From a bacterium (lineage in GTDB: Bacteria; RBG-13-61-14; DATKZS01): DNA of 64,000 nt. Positions 18,727 to 28,593 of this stretch are shown here, piece by piece. The stretch's first letter is position 1; every line of letters begins with the position of its first letter. The DNA lies in contig CAXXFL010000006.1 in the NCBI GenBank assembly GCA_963674965.2, positions 96,001-160,000 of the forward strand, written 5' to 3'. Under the pieces are notes generated by a model. That model was not told the origin of the DNA. It was given only the letters and a program-made list of their open reading frames with translations, and did not search any database. A program made the translations under genes and the position numbers.

Positions 18727-19137
18727 ATGAAGAAGCGAAAAGACAAGAGAACCTCGCGTGATGGTTTTTCCATGCGCGTCAAGGTCTGGATCGAGGATCG
18801 AAACGGCGACATGGTCATGAGCATGGGACGGGTGGCCATGCTCGAGGCCATCGAGAGGACCGGCAGTCTCAACCGGGCGGCCCAGGAGATGAACATGAGT
18901 TATCGGGCCATCTGGCTCCGGCTGCGGAGCACCGAGGACCGCCTGGGTAAGAAGCTCATGGTTAGCACCACCGGCGGCAGCGAGGGTGGAGGCACCGAGT
19001 TGACCCCCCTTGCCCGGGCCATGATAATAAAGTTTCGAGAACTGAACTCGGATATCGCCGAAGCGGCCGACTCGCGCTTCATTGCCTATAGCGAAGAGTT
19101 TCTTGAAGACGACGACACGGAACCACCCCTGGAATAG
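18727..19137 (+). CDS. modE: ModE-family winged-helix regulator without TOBE domains
   Basis: GRVAMLEAIERTGSLNRAAQEMNMSYRAIW...GGSEGGGTELT; lies upstream of modABC. Confidence 0.85.
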   Translation: MKKRKDKRTSRDGFSMRVKVWIEDRNGDMVMSMGRVAMLEAIERTGSLNRAAQEMNMSYRAIWLRLRSTEDRLGKKLMVSTTGGSEGGGTELTPLARAMIIKFRELNSDIAEAADSRFIAYSEEFLEDDDTEPPLE

Positions 19138-19260
19138 TCCCATCCCATAGTTCTCTTGATCCATTTCATCCTATGCGGCCTTTTGCGGTGATTCTGAACG
19201 CCTATCTGTCCGGATACTTAAAAGTGATGTATTTCATTAATAAAATTGACATTTCCGCTC

Positions 19261-19284
19261 CGTTATGTTAAACATGATACAACG
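19261..19284. promoter_or_regulatory. Putative ModE operator next to a TTGACA -35 box (19246-19251)
   Basis: CGTTATGTTAAACATGATACAACG resembles the CGTTATAT-Nx-ATATAACG ModE palindrome and lies upstream of modA. Confidence 0.65.
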
Positions 19285-19389
19285 GGCGCAAGATTGATGG
19301 ATTTACCCCATCCGCTCGCGACGCGCCGGAAAATAAAGCGTTTTCTAAATTTATGCTCATTTCTCGAATGGATACGGAGGTCTTCAGTT

Positions 19390-20184
19390 TTGCTTGGCCA
19401 TAAAGGGAAACATCGCTATTCTTTACCGCTTCTTACTTTCTTCGCGGCCATTTTGTTTTCAAGCCCGGCTTCATGGGCGGATGGCCCGGAGAAGCTGACG
19501 GTTTACGCCGCGGCTTCCACCACCAACGCCATGACCGAGGTGGCGAAGCTTTACGAGAAGAAAACCGGGACCCAGGTGGCCTTGTCCTTTGCCTCCTCCT
19601 CGACCCTGGCCAAGCAGATCGAGATGGGAGCGCCGGCCCAGGTTTATCTTTCGGCCAATCCCGAGTGGATGGATTATCTCGAACAAAAGGGACTGATCGA
19701 GCCCGGTGGCCGCGCCGACGTGCTGGGAAACCGCATCGCCCTCATCGCTCCCGCGGATAGCGCGATCGAGGAAGTCAAGATCGAAAAGGGATTCGACCTG
19801 GCCAAAATCCTCGGGGACGGCTACCTGGCCATGGGCGATCCCGACCACGTGCCCGCGGGCATGTACGGCAAGGCGGCCCTCCAGGGCCTTGGCGCCTGGG
19901 AGGCGGTCGAGAAGAAAGTCGCCCGGGCCAAGGACGTGCGGGCGGCCCTGGCTTTGGTGGAAAGGGGCGAGTCCCCTCTCGGCCTCGTTTATACCACCGA
20001 CGCGGCCATCTCGGAAAAGGTCAAGGTGGTGGGATTGTTTCCCGAGGACTCCCATCCACCCATCGTCTACCCCGTCGCCATCGTGAAGGGCGCCGACCTC
20101 AAGGCCTCCATGCCCTTTATTGATTTCCTCAAGACGCCCGAGGCTTCGGCCTTGTTCACGAAATACGGCTTTATCGTCCGTTAA
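19390..20184 (+). CDS. modA: Molybdate/tungstate ABC transporter substrate-binding protein
   Basis: AAAS, FASSSTLAKQIE.GAPA, GDPDHVPAGMYG, VYTTDA; TTG start after GGAGG (19376-19380). Confidence 0.92.
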   Translation: MLGHKGKHRYSLPLLTFFAAILFSSPASWADGPEKLTVYAAASTTNAMTEVAKLYEKKTGTQVALSFASSSTLAKQIEMGAPAQVYLSANPEWMDYLEQKGLIEPGGRADVLGNRIALIAPADSAIEEVKIEKGFDLAKILGDGYLAMGDPDHVPAGMYGKAALQGLGAWEAVEKKVARAKDVRAALALVERGESPLGLVYTTDAAISEKVKVVGLFPEDSHPPIVYPVAIVKGADLKASMPFIDFLKTPEASALFTKYGFIVR

Positions 20185-20882
20185 TGGATTACCTTCGTTT
20201 CAGTCCCGCCGAGCTGGAGGCGCTGAGGCTCAGCTTCAAGGTCGCGAGCGTGGCCGTGATCTCCAGCCTCCCTTTCGGCGTCCTCTCGGCCTGGATAATT
20301 TCCCGGATGACCTTTCCCGGCAAGGCCGTGCTGAACGGGATCATCCACCTTCCCCTGGTCCTGCCGCCCGTGGTCACGGGATACGTTCTTCTGGTCCTCC
20401 TTGGCAGGAAGGGCGCCATCGGGGCGTTCCTGTACGATAAGCTCGGCCTGAGCTTCGCCTTCGACTGGAAAGGGGCAGCCCTGGCCGCGGCGGTCATGTC
20501 TTTTCCCCTCATGGTCCGATCGATACGGCTTTCCTTCGAGGCCCAGGACCGGGGACTTGAAAAGGCCGCCCGCACCCTGGGCGCGGGCCCGGTCAGGGTC
20601 TTCTTTACCGTCACCCTCCCCCTTATCACGCCGGGTATCATAACCGGCCTTATCCTTGCCTTCGCCCGGGGCCTGGGGGAGTTCGGGGCCACCATTACCC
20701 TGGTGTCCAACGTCGAGGGCGAAACCCGCACCCTGCCGCTGGCCCTGTATACTCTTATCCAGACCCCGGGAGGCGAGGACGGCGCCATGCGGCTGTGCCT
20801 GCTGGCGGTCATTCTTTCCATGGCCGCCCTGGCCGCGTCCGAGATCATCACCCATCGCTTCCTTTCCCGGATGGAGGGCTGA
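20184..20882 (+). CDS. modB: Molybdate ABC transporter permease
   Basis: HLPLVLPPVVTG, FPLMVRSIR, FARGLGEFGAT. Confidence 0.93.
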   Translation: MDYLRFSPAELEALRLSFKVASVAVISSLPFGVLSAWIISRMTFPGKAVLNGIIHLPLVLPPVVTGYVLLVLLGRKGAIGAFLYDKLGLSFAFDWKGAALAAAVMSFPLMVRSIRLSFEAQDRGLEKAARTLGAGPVRVFFTVTLPLITPGIITGLILAFARGLGEFGATITLVSNVEGETRTLPLALYTLIQTPGGEDGAMRLCLLAVILSMAALAASEIITHRFLSRMEG

Positions 20883-20885
20883 GCC

Positions 20886-21608
20886 GTGATCGAGGCCAGG
20901 TTAAAAAAGCGGCTCGGAAGCCTCGAGATCGACGCGTCCTTCTCGAGGCCCGGCCCGGGCGTCACGGCGCTCTTCGGCCGGTCGGGCGCGGGAAAAACCT
21001 CGATCGTCAACATGATCGCGGGCGTCCTCCGTCCCGACGCCGGCCGCGTTATCGTGAACGACAAGACCTTGTTCGACTCGGAGCGAAGGATCGACGTTCC
21101 TCCCGAGAAACGGAGAATAGGGTACGTGTTCCAGGACGGCCGCCTCTTCCCCCACGCGTCGGTCGAGAAAAACCTCACTTACGGCATGAAGCTGACGCCG
21201 GCCGGACTAAGGTACGTCGATCTTGGACAGATCGTCGCCCTCCTGGACCTGGGGCATCTCCTCGCCAGGAGGCCGGGCAAGCTCTCGGGCGGAGAGAAGC
21301 AAAGGGTCGCCATCGGCAGGGCCCTCCTCACCAGCCCCCGCCTGCTCCTGATGGACGAGCCACTCGCCTCGCTCGACGCGGCCCGCAAGGAGGAAGTCCT
21401 CCCCTTCATCGCCAGGATTTGCCGAGAGTTCGAAATTCCCATCATCTACGTCAGCCACATGATCGACGAGGTATCAAGACTCGCCGACAAGACCGTCGTC
21501 ATCCATAACGGCAAAGTGGATATTGAAGCCTCGCGCCGAATAGCCGGGAAAGACGGCCCGACGTCCGACTCCGATAAAACGGACGGGTCGCGTGAGAGGG
21601 TATGCTGA
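20886..21608 (+). CDS. modC: Molybdate ABC transporter ATP-binding protein (short, no TOBE domain)
   Basis: GRSGAGKT, VFQDGRLFPH, LSGGEKQRVAIGRAL, LLMDEP. Confidence 0.9.
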   Translation: MIEARLKKRLGSLEIDASFSRPGPGVTALFGRSGAGKTSIVNMIAGVLRPDAGRVIVNDKTLFDSERRIDVPPEKRRIGYVFQDGRLFPHASVEKNLTYGMKLTPAGLRYVDLGQIVALLDLGHLLARRPGKLSGGEKQRVAIGRALLTSPRLLLMDEPLASLDAARKEEVLPFIARICREFEIPIIYVSHMIDEVSRLADKTVVIHNGKVDIEASRRIAGKDGPTSDSDKTDGSRERVC

Positions 21609-21725
21609 TAACCGACGTCGTCCAGCGTCACGAAACGGGCTTGATTGCGGCAAGGTGGGTCCCTCGCCCCAAAGCTCCACGGCGCCATTACCGGCATCCA
21701 TAAACGTGATAACCGCTTAAAGTAC

Positions 21726-22415
21726 TTATTGGAGGTTTTCCAGGTTCAACAGGTTTGGCTTGATGGCGGAACGGGACCAATGTTCCCCTACCGACTGAAT
21801 AAACGCGGGACGAACCAGTTTAGCCCTTTGTTCGAGCCACTTGTCCTTGTCGAATCGAAGATATATCCCCTCCGCGGGCTGATCTGACAGCTTTGATTGT
21901 TGTAAGAGATTTTTAAGCTCAGGGATATTAAAACGACCGCGCGCGATAGTGGGTACTCGAGAGATTCCCATTTTAATTAATAGGCCGTCGCGACGATCGG
22001 ATGAAAAGAACCTTCCAGATTGCTTGTCATAGATATCGAAACCAAGGAACCAGTCCGGCAGCCGATTGTAAAACACCGAGTGCCGGGCGTAACACCATTC
22101 TCCAAAGAGAATGAATCGGTCGGAAAGATGCTCGAAAAGCGCGTCCGTCCGGAGTTCGAGCCATTCCCCAAGCTTCTTCCATTGGCCCGAACCCGGCAGG
22201 CGCAAATACTCGCCTCTATTATACGCCAGAAGACTGGCTTCCGAATCGAAGGATATCCCCAAATTTGCGCCGTCAACCTTCTCCTCGACAATAAGATCGC
22301 GTCGGAGGAAATCATCGCGCTCGGACTCGGACAGTACCTTATCGCCCCTGATATCGACTCCAGCCAACGTGGCCAGATGAGGCGTTGACGGGTATTTTAC
22401 GAAATCCTCGTTCAT
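21726..22415 (-). CDS. ATP-dependent RNA ligase family protein (nucleotidyltransferase domain only)
   Basis: KYPSTPHL, motif I EKVDGAN, FGEW, FDIY, EGIYLR, AKLVR. Confidence 0.85.
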   Translation of the reverse strand: MNEDFVKYPSTPHLATLAGVDIRGDKVLSESERDDFLRRDLIVEEKVDGANLGISFDSEASLLAYNRGEYLRLPGSGQWKKLGEWLELRTDALFEHLSDRFILFGEWCYARHSVFYNRLPDWFLGFDIYDKQSGRFFSSDRRDGLLIKMGISRVPTIARGRFNIPELKNLLQQSKLSDQPAEGIYLRFDKDKWLEQRAKLVRPAFIQSVGEHWSRSAIKPNLLNLENLQ

Positions 22416-22942
22416 GTCCCAATCTTCTTCTTAAATTTCTCTTCTGCATATTTAGGGCAGAGAAAATTAACGGTGATCCCTACTTGCTCTAAAGCGTCTT
22501 TCCATCCACACCATTTACTGTCCGTTGCCTGCAAGATGGGAGGTTTTTCATCGTGGGCGTTGGCAACGGCGACAAACTTCCGATCCGATATATCGAAATT
22601 AGCCAGTCCTTTATGGATTGGAAATTCCACGTATGAGTTTCCCCTTTTCGTGATGGTGACGCGATCGCAAACGCGAGAATCATAGCGATTGTCGTGCACC
22701 CATTTCAGGAAGCTGTCACCCACGCCGGGCTGTACACTCATGGAAAGCTGCCCTCGATATTCATCGAAAATTTCATCGCCGGCGTCAATTATCAATCCAC
22801 GCGTTTCAATGACGTGCTCGACGGCTTCAATACAGGAAAGGACGCAAGAGTAGGGAACGTCTGAGTCCGGGTCCGGTTGAGTGGCAAGGTTGGCCGTTTT
22901 TGGAACGTTCGTGTCCACGATACATTTCTTAGGCAATCTCAT
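22412..22942 (-). CDS. PIN-domain-like putative ribonuclease
   Basis: Four acidic positions with PIN-like spacing: IVDTNV, IFDEY, SDRKFVAVA, ATDSK. Confidence 0.65.
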   Translation of the reverse strand: MRLPKKCIVDTNVPKTANLATQPDPDSDVPYSCVLSCIEAVEHVIETRGLIIDAGDEIFDEYRGQLSMSVQPGVGDSFLKWVHDNRYDSRVCDRVTITKRGNSYVEFPIHKGLANFDISDRKFVAVANAHDEKPPILQATDSKWCGWKDALEQVGITVNFLCPKYAEEKFKKKIGT

Positions 22943-24348
22943 TCGGATGCCTCCGCATTTTCCGAACTCGTCCGCATCCTCTTTTTCGTCGCCGCTTTAG
23001 CGTGTTCGATGACGTCGTTCATTTCATCACCGAAAAAGTTCTCCGGCCAGTTCAGGACGTTGCCGAACATGTCAATTTCAAGCGGTTCCAACGTGGCAGG
23101 GTATCTGGAAATATTGGCAAAATAAGCGGATACGTTTTCTTTTGAGACAGCCTCCTCGGCAATGCGCCTTTGCAAGCGCCTCAGAAAATGTTCCGAATGG
23201 GTCTCGATGATTAACTGTATGTTTCTATCCGCTCCTTTTACTCTTGAGTTAATAACGTCGATCATCACGTCGGCCAGCGCGGACTGCGCGCTTGGGTGTA
23301 GATGTATCTCGGGTTGTTCCATGAGAATGATCGACCCGGGCGGCGCGTAGAAGCACTGCACTAAAACCGGCAGCACCTGAGATATACCGAAACCGACGTC
23401 CGGCAGGTCAACCAAGTCTTCTGAACCCTTGGTGCGAACCTTGACCTCGTATTCCTGCCTTTGCTCGGAAATCGATTTTACTTCAAAGTCATCGATCAGA
23501 CCCATTTCTTTTAACTTGATAGCAATAATTTCTCCGAAAAGTTTTGCATGTTTTCCGAAACTATGGGTGAGTTTTCGACCACGCGCCGCGAGGATTGTGG
23601 CAACGGTATTCTCTCCCGCATAGCCGACGCTTTCGGGAGCGATGCCCGTCCATGAATACAAACGCTCGGCTTTTGTGCGAAGAGGCCCAAGATAGCAAAG
23701 GGACCCGAATAATTTTTCATGCCTCAAATTCAGTTCCTGAACAAAATCCGCGTTTTGATGGTAAGCAACAACTTCGTCAGGGAAACCATAAAACCGAACG
23801 GGAGCTTCCGGCATTAATGCTCGTCCTACCTTGCGTTTGAGCTTGTATTTGTCAGCGAAAACTTCGTACCCAGACTTTCTGTCCGATTTAAGTTTCATGC
23901 CAATGGAAAGTATGCGTTTATCTTTATTCATCAAATCATATTTGAGATTATCTAGCGCGAGAGTGTGCTGATCTTTAGCACTGGATCCTACTTCCGCATG
24001 AAAGATTAAATTGTCACCGGAATAGTTGCGATTATTATTGATACGGTCTTTGAATTCCAATGATTCCGGCAGTTCCCATTTATATTCGAAGATAATTTTT
24101 CTTTTCGGGTTCCGGTGAAAGACCATTTCCTGGTAGGATCCGAGCTGAACGGCGGAGTTTCTTCCGCCTGGATAGAAAACCGCTTTCCTGTCGGGGGACT
24201 CGACGGTCTGTTTCAGCATCATCAGGAACTGGCCGATACTCGATTTTCCCGAACTGTTGGCGCCGAAGAACAGGGTAATCGGAGCCATGCGGATTTCTCC
24301 GGTGTCCTCCCAGCCCTTGAAGTTTTGTATTCGCAATTTCTTAAGCAT
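22939..24348 (-). CDS. ABC-type (AAA_15/AAA_21) ATPase with a C-terminal DUF3696-like domain
   Basis: Walker A GANSSGKS, signature DVGFGISQVLP, Walker B MEQPEIHLHP, ETHSE H-loop, C-terminal NWPENFF. Confidence 0.88.
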   Translation of the reverse strand: MLKKLRIQNFKGWEDTGEIRMAPITLFFGANSSGKSSIGQFLMMLKQTVESPDRKAVFYPGGRNSAVQLGSYQEMVFHRNPKRKIIFEYKWELPESLEFKDRINNNRNYSGDNLIFHAEVGSSAKDQHTLALDNLKYDLMNKDKRILSIGMKLKSDRKSGYEVFADKYKLKRKVGRALMPEAPVRFYGFPDEVVAYHQNADFVQELNLRHEKLFGSLCYLGPLRTKAERLYSWTGIAPESVGYAGENTVATILAARGRKLTHSFGKHAKLFGEIIAIKLKEMGLIDDFEVKSISEQRQEYEVKVRTKGSEDLVDLPDVGFGISQVLPVLVQCFYAPPGSIILMEQPEIHLHPSAQSALADVMIDVINSRVKGADRNIQLIIETHSEHFLRRLQRRIAEEAVSKENVSAYFANISRYPATLEPLEIDMFGNVLNWPENFFGDEMNDVIEHAKAATKKRMRTSSENAEASE

Positions 24349-24844
24349 TTTCTTCTTCTCCCGTTATTATCAAGGCTGAACTGGTCCGCTCTTTCGAACA
24401 CCGAGCGCTTTCCCTTTCAAGAGCCGTGAAATTCCAAACGCCGCTTCATGTACCGTCCTCGCGACTCACGGATGATTACGGACTCCACTTTCTCCAGCTA
24501 AATAATATCACCTTGAAGTAACCTAATAAAGCGTACTCTTGTGATCAAGCTTTTCGTGAAATGATTGAGGCATTCGCATATGCAACTTCAAGTCGAGGCA
24601 TTCAATCGTCCCCAGACTTGGTAGTAAGAAGAGTCGCTCACATGATATTAAAGGCAATCTCTGAGGGGCGCCCTTGGGACGGGCCGACCCACCACATTGC
24701 CGTTCATCGGTACAGGCAAGGAGCATGGAAATGATTCATGATGGTCGCGCCGGGTATACGTGGCACGTGGAAAGGGACGCCCGCGGTTCCGAAAAAAACC
24801 GCGGGCGCCCGGGGTTGTACGCGTTTTAGTCCCGGTCTCTTTGA

Positions 24845-26026
24845 TCAATAGGCCTTCTTCAAAAGCTCGAGGGCGTCCTCGTAGGTGACCTCCTCGGGGT
24901 TCATGATGATGGTGCCGTCGTTGATGGCGGTCTTGGCGATCTTCTCGAGGAGACCCTTGTCCACGCCCGCGTCCTTGAGGGTGATGGGCATGCCGGTCAT
25001 GGAGTTGAGCTTCCTGTTAAGGTCCCTTACGGCGTCGGCCACCGCCTTGGCGTCCTGCTCGGCCACTCCCGAGGAGTCCGTCACCCCCATCAGCGGCGCC
25101 AGCTCGGCGATTATGTCTCCCACTTTGCCGATATTGTACTCGATGCCATAGGGCAGGAAGATGGCGTTGGCTATGCCGTGGGGCACGTGGGCCACGCCGC
25201 CCGCGGCGTGGGCCAGGCCGTGGACAACTCCCACCAGGGAATTGGAGAAGCTGACGCCGGCCAAAAGCGCCGCGTTGGCCATGTAGAGCCGGGCCGCGGC
25301 GTCCTTGCCGTTCTCGACGCACTTTATCAGGTTGTCCATGATCAGCTTGATGGCCGTGATCGAGAAGGAGTCAGACACCGGGTTCTTCTGCAGGCAGTAA
25401 TATGCCTCGATGGAGTGGGTCAGGGCGTCCATGCCGGTGGCGGCCGTGATCTTGGGCGGCATGGTCAGGGTCATCTTGGGATCGAGCAGGGCCACGTCGG
25501 GAAGAATCTTATAGGAGGTAAAGGACATCTTGACGCCCTTCTCGACATTGGCGATGACGGCGGCGGAGGTGACCTCGGACCCGGTGCCGGCGGTGGTGGG
25601 AATGACGATAAAGGGCTCCATGTCCTTTTTCACCCGCTCGGCCCCCTGGAACTGGAGAAGGTCGTCCGTGTCCTCCGTGATCACGATGTTGACGCCCTTG
25701 GCCGTGTCGATGCTCGAGCCTCCGCCCACGGCCAGGAGGCAGTCGCAGCCCAGGTCGCGGTACATCCTGGCCACCTCGTTGCATATCTTGTCGCTCGAGT
25801 CGGGAGGCGTCTTGTCGTAGATGCCGCCTATCTCGCGGTCGGTCCCCTCAAAGACCGCCTTGACTTTCTCGATCAGGCCCGCGCCCACCACGCCCTGGTC
25901 CGTGACGATAAGGGGCTTTTTGGCCCCGAGCTGGTCAAGCTCGTGGATCAGGCAGGGCAGAGCGTCAATGCCGCTGACTATCTTGACGGGACAGAAGAAC
26001 TCGTAATAGTCGGGTACGTAAGACAT
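24845..26026 (-). CDS. Iron-containing alcohol dehydrogenase
   Basis: GGGSSIDTAK, IPTTAGTGSEVT, GMDALTHSIEA, HGLAH, PHGIAN. Confidence 0.92.
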   Translation of the reverse strand: MSYVPDYYEFFCPVKIVSGIDALPCLIHELDQLGAKKPLIVTDQGVVGAGLIEKVKAVFEGTDREIGGIYDKTPPDSSDKICNEVARMYRDLGCDCLLAVGGGSSIDTAKGVNIVITEDTDDLLQFQGAERVKKDMEPFIVIPTTAGTGSEVTSAAVIANVEKGVKMSFTSYKILPDVALLDPKMTLTMPPKITAATGMDALTHSIEAYYCLQKNPVSDSFSITAIKLIMDNLIKCVENGKDAAARLYMANAALLAGVSFSNSLVGVVHGLAHAAGGVAHVPHGIANAIFLPYGIEYNIGKVGDIIAELAPLMGVTDSSGVAEQDAKAVADAVRDLNRKLNSMTGMPITLKDAGVDKGLLEKIAKTAINDGTIIMNPEEVTYEDALELLKKAY

Positions 26027-26053
26027 TGTTTTTCTCCTTTATCTTTGCGGGGC

Positions 26054-26587
26054 CTACTTCATGGCGTTAATGGCTAAAAAGGGCGTCAGGGTCGCGTATA
26101 TCATGGCCTTGATCATAAGTTCCCGGCCCGTGAATTTGGCGGGCCTCTTGAAAAGGTAGTTGAGCATGAGGGAGGGGAAAAGATATTTCTGCACCACCGC
26201 CATGGCCCGGTTGGCCTGCATGGCGTCGTAAAGGCTGCCGTGCACGATGGCGCGGTGCTGGGCGAAGGCCGTATGGGCCGGCATGAGACCGATAAGCAGC
26301 TTGACCGCGGCGTCCATGTTCTTGAACAGGATTTTCAGGTCGGCCGCCCTCTCCTTCTTGCCCAGGTACTTTAGTCTTCCGCCTTCTTTCAACACGTAAA
26401 TCTCCGGCCCCGCGGGCAACACACCAAGGCATAAAACGAAGCCATCCTTGAAGTCGGAGACCTCCTCCATGATTTTCGGGTCGCTCTTGCTTATCAACTC
26501 GAAGGCGACGCCCAGGGCTAAAAGGGCCGTCGAGACCAGCGCCCTCTTCCCCTGGTAGACGGCCTTGGCCGCGGCTTTTGCTTCCAT
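26054..26587 (-). CDS. Hypothetical protein (possibly SCP2-like fold), co-oriented with the Fe-ADH
   Basis: 177-aa ORF with AGGAG RBS and host-like codon usage. Confidence 0.6.
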   Translation of the reverse strand: MEAKAAAKAVYQGKRALVSTALLALGVAFELISKSDPKIMEEVSDFKDGFVLCLGVLPAGPEIYVLKEGGRLKYLGKKERAADLKILFKNMDAAVKLLIGLMPAHTAFAQHRAIVHGSLYDAMQANRAMAVVQKYLFPSLMLNYLFKRPAKFTGRELMIKAMIYATLTPFLAINAMK

Positions 26588-27195
26588 ATCGTTTTCTCCT
26601 TTGCGAGTTTGAAAAATTCAAGAATACCGGCAATCTATCACATTAACGTGCAAGGCTCAAAGGGAAAAGAACCTTCAGGGCAATATTAACGATCGCCGCC
26701 GTCCAAAACGGGGCCGGCCTTTTCCCCATTATAAAACGGGGAGTATGTTCATGCCATATCCTGGTCGAGGTTATTCCACTTGGTCCCGCCGGGGCCGTCC
26801 AAGACCCTGGTTGCAGGGGCTTTGGGTACGGCCTCGGGGAGGTTTGGTCATTGCCTCGGCCATCAAAGCCACGCCTGTACGCTCGATTGAGATCATCCGG
26901 CCGATGTAGCCGACCGGAACGGCAGCGGGCTACAGGCTGGGTAAGCGCCTTCTCCGGAATTGGCTCCCGGACACCACGCTGATGGGTGGCGGACCGGCTA
27001 GGTGGGCCTCATTTGTTGCCCGGTCGAGATGGTAAACGCGGTGGGGATCACGATAAAAGATGGCGCCCGCGGACCAGCACCCGGCGCCGGGGATTTTTTT
27101 ACCCTTTGATTTTTCCGCAAATTGCAACGGCCAATAACCTGGCCCGCCAAATCGTGATATCATGGCCCGCGATCATAAATGGGAGGACTCGAGTC

Positions 27196-28593
27196 GTGAT
27201 GCTTACGATCAACAACGCGAGACGGCCGGCCGCGGACCTTGGCTTTCTGCTTCACAAACGGCCGGGAAAGGCCCAGTCCTTTTCCCTTCCCTTCGGCGGG
27301 GCCCACGTGTTTTATCCGGAGGCGGGGGAGGACTCCTGCACGGCCGCCCTTCTTTTGGAGGTGGACCCGATCGGGCTTGTCCGTAAAACGCGGGGGACCA
27401 GGGGGGACTCTCACGCCCTGGCCCAGTACGTGAACGACCGTCCTTACGCGGCCTCGTCTTTCATGTCCGTGGCCATCTCCCGCGTGTTCGGGTCGGCGCT
27501 GAACGGCAAATGCAAGGACCGTCCCGACCTCGTTGATACTCCCCTGCCCCTTACGGCCAGGATATCGGTGCTTCCCTGCAGGGGCGGCGAGCCATTTTTG
27601 CAAAGACTCTTCGAGCCGCTGGGCTACAAGGTCGAGGCGGAGCGCCATCGCCTCGACGAGAAGTTCCCCGAATGGGGCGAGAGTCCCTATTTCACGGTCA
27701 CCCTGAGCCAGGAGGTCAGGCTCATGGACCTTCTGACCCATATCTATGTCCTCGTGCCCGTGCTCGATAATGACAAGCACTATTGGGTGACTGAGGACGA
27801 GATCGATAAACTCCTGAGGCGCGGCGAGGGTTGGCTCGATTCGCATCCGGACAAGGAGGTCATCGCCCGCAGGTATTTCAAACACCAGCGCCGCCTGGTA
27901 CGTGACTTCCTCGCCCGCTTGGTCGACGAGACGGACGACCCCGACCGGGCCCTGGAGGAGCAGGCCGGAGAGGAAAACGATATCGAGAAGAAGATCGGCC
28001 TGAAGGACCTGCGCCTGGCCGAGGTCGTCTCGGCGGTCCAGGAAAGCGGGGCCTCGAGCGTTCTTGACCTTGGCTGCGGCGAGGGCATGCTCTTGCGGGA
28101 ACTTGTCAAGATCAGGCGACTGGAGCGGATAGTGGGCATGGACGTGTCCCACCTCGCCCTCGAGAGGGCCTCGAGCCGTCTTAAGATGGACCGTATGTCG
28201 GATAAGAGTCTGCAAAGAATAAACCTCATCCAGGGGTCCCTCATGTACAGGGACAAGCGCCTGTCGGGGTTTGACGCGGCATGCGTTATCGAGGTCATCG
28301 AGCACCTGGACCCGCCCAGGCTCCGGGCCTTCGAGCGCGTGCTCTTCGAGTTCGCCCGGCCCGAAACTATAGTGATAACCACTCCCAACGTGGAGTATAA
28401 CTCGAGGTTCGAGGACCTGCCGGCGGGCAGGCTTCGCCACCGCGACCACCGTTTCGAGTGGACCAGGAAGGAATTCGAGGACTGGGCGAATGAAGTGGCC
28501 GGCCGCCATGGATACTCCGCCGGCTTCAGGCCCATAGGAGAAATCGACCCCGACCTGGGCCCGCCCACGCAAATGGGAGTTTTCCAAAAATGA
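27196..28593 (+). CDS. hen1: 3'-terminal RNA ribose 2'-O-methyltransferase Hen1
   Basis: N-terminal ligase-activating domain (DLGFLLHK, YVNDRPY, KHYWV) and MTase domain (DLGCGEG, EVIEHL, TTPNVEYN, RHRDHRFEW); GGGAGG RBS before GTG at 27196. Confidence 0.93.
   Translation: MMLTINNARRPAADLGFLLHKRPGKAQSFSLPFGGAHVFYPEAGEDSCTAALLLEVDPIGLVRKTRGTRGDSHALAQYVNDRPYAASSFMSVAISRVFGSALNGKCKDRPDLVDTPLPLTARISVLPCRGGEPFLQRLFEPLGYKVEAERHRLDEKFPEWGESPYFTVTLSQEVRLMDLLTHIYVLVPVLDNDKHYWVTEDEIDKLLRRGEGWLDSHPDKEVIARRYFKHQRRLVRDFLARLVDETDDPDRALEEQAGEENDIEKKIGLKDLRLAEVVSAVQESGASSVLDLGCGEGMLLRELVKIRRLERIVGMDVSHLALERASSRLKMDRMSDKSLQRINLIQGSLMYRDKRLSGFDAACVIEVIEHLDPPRLRAFERVLFEFARPETIVITTPNVEYNSRFEDLPAGRLRHRDHRFEWTRKEFEDWANEVAGRHGYSAGFRPIGEIDPDLGPPTQMGVFQK

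Noticed and set aside
24845-26026. Fe-ADH as part of an acetylene fermentation pathway with the AH-like enzyme
   Set aside because: It lies ~20 kb away, outside the cassette, with host-like codon usage; nothing in the sequence links the two.
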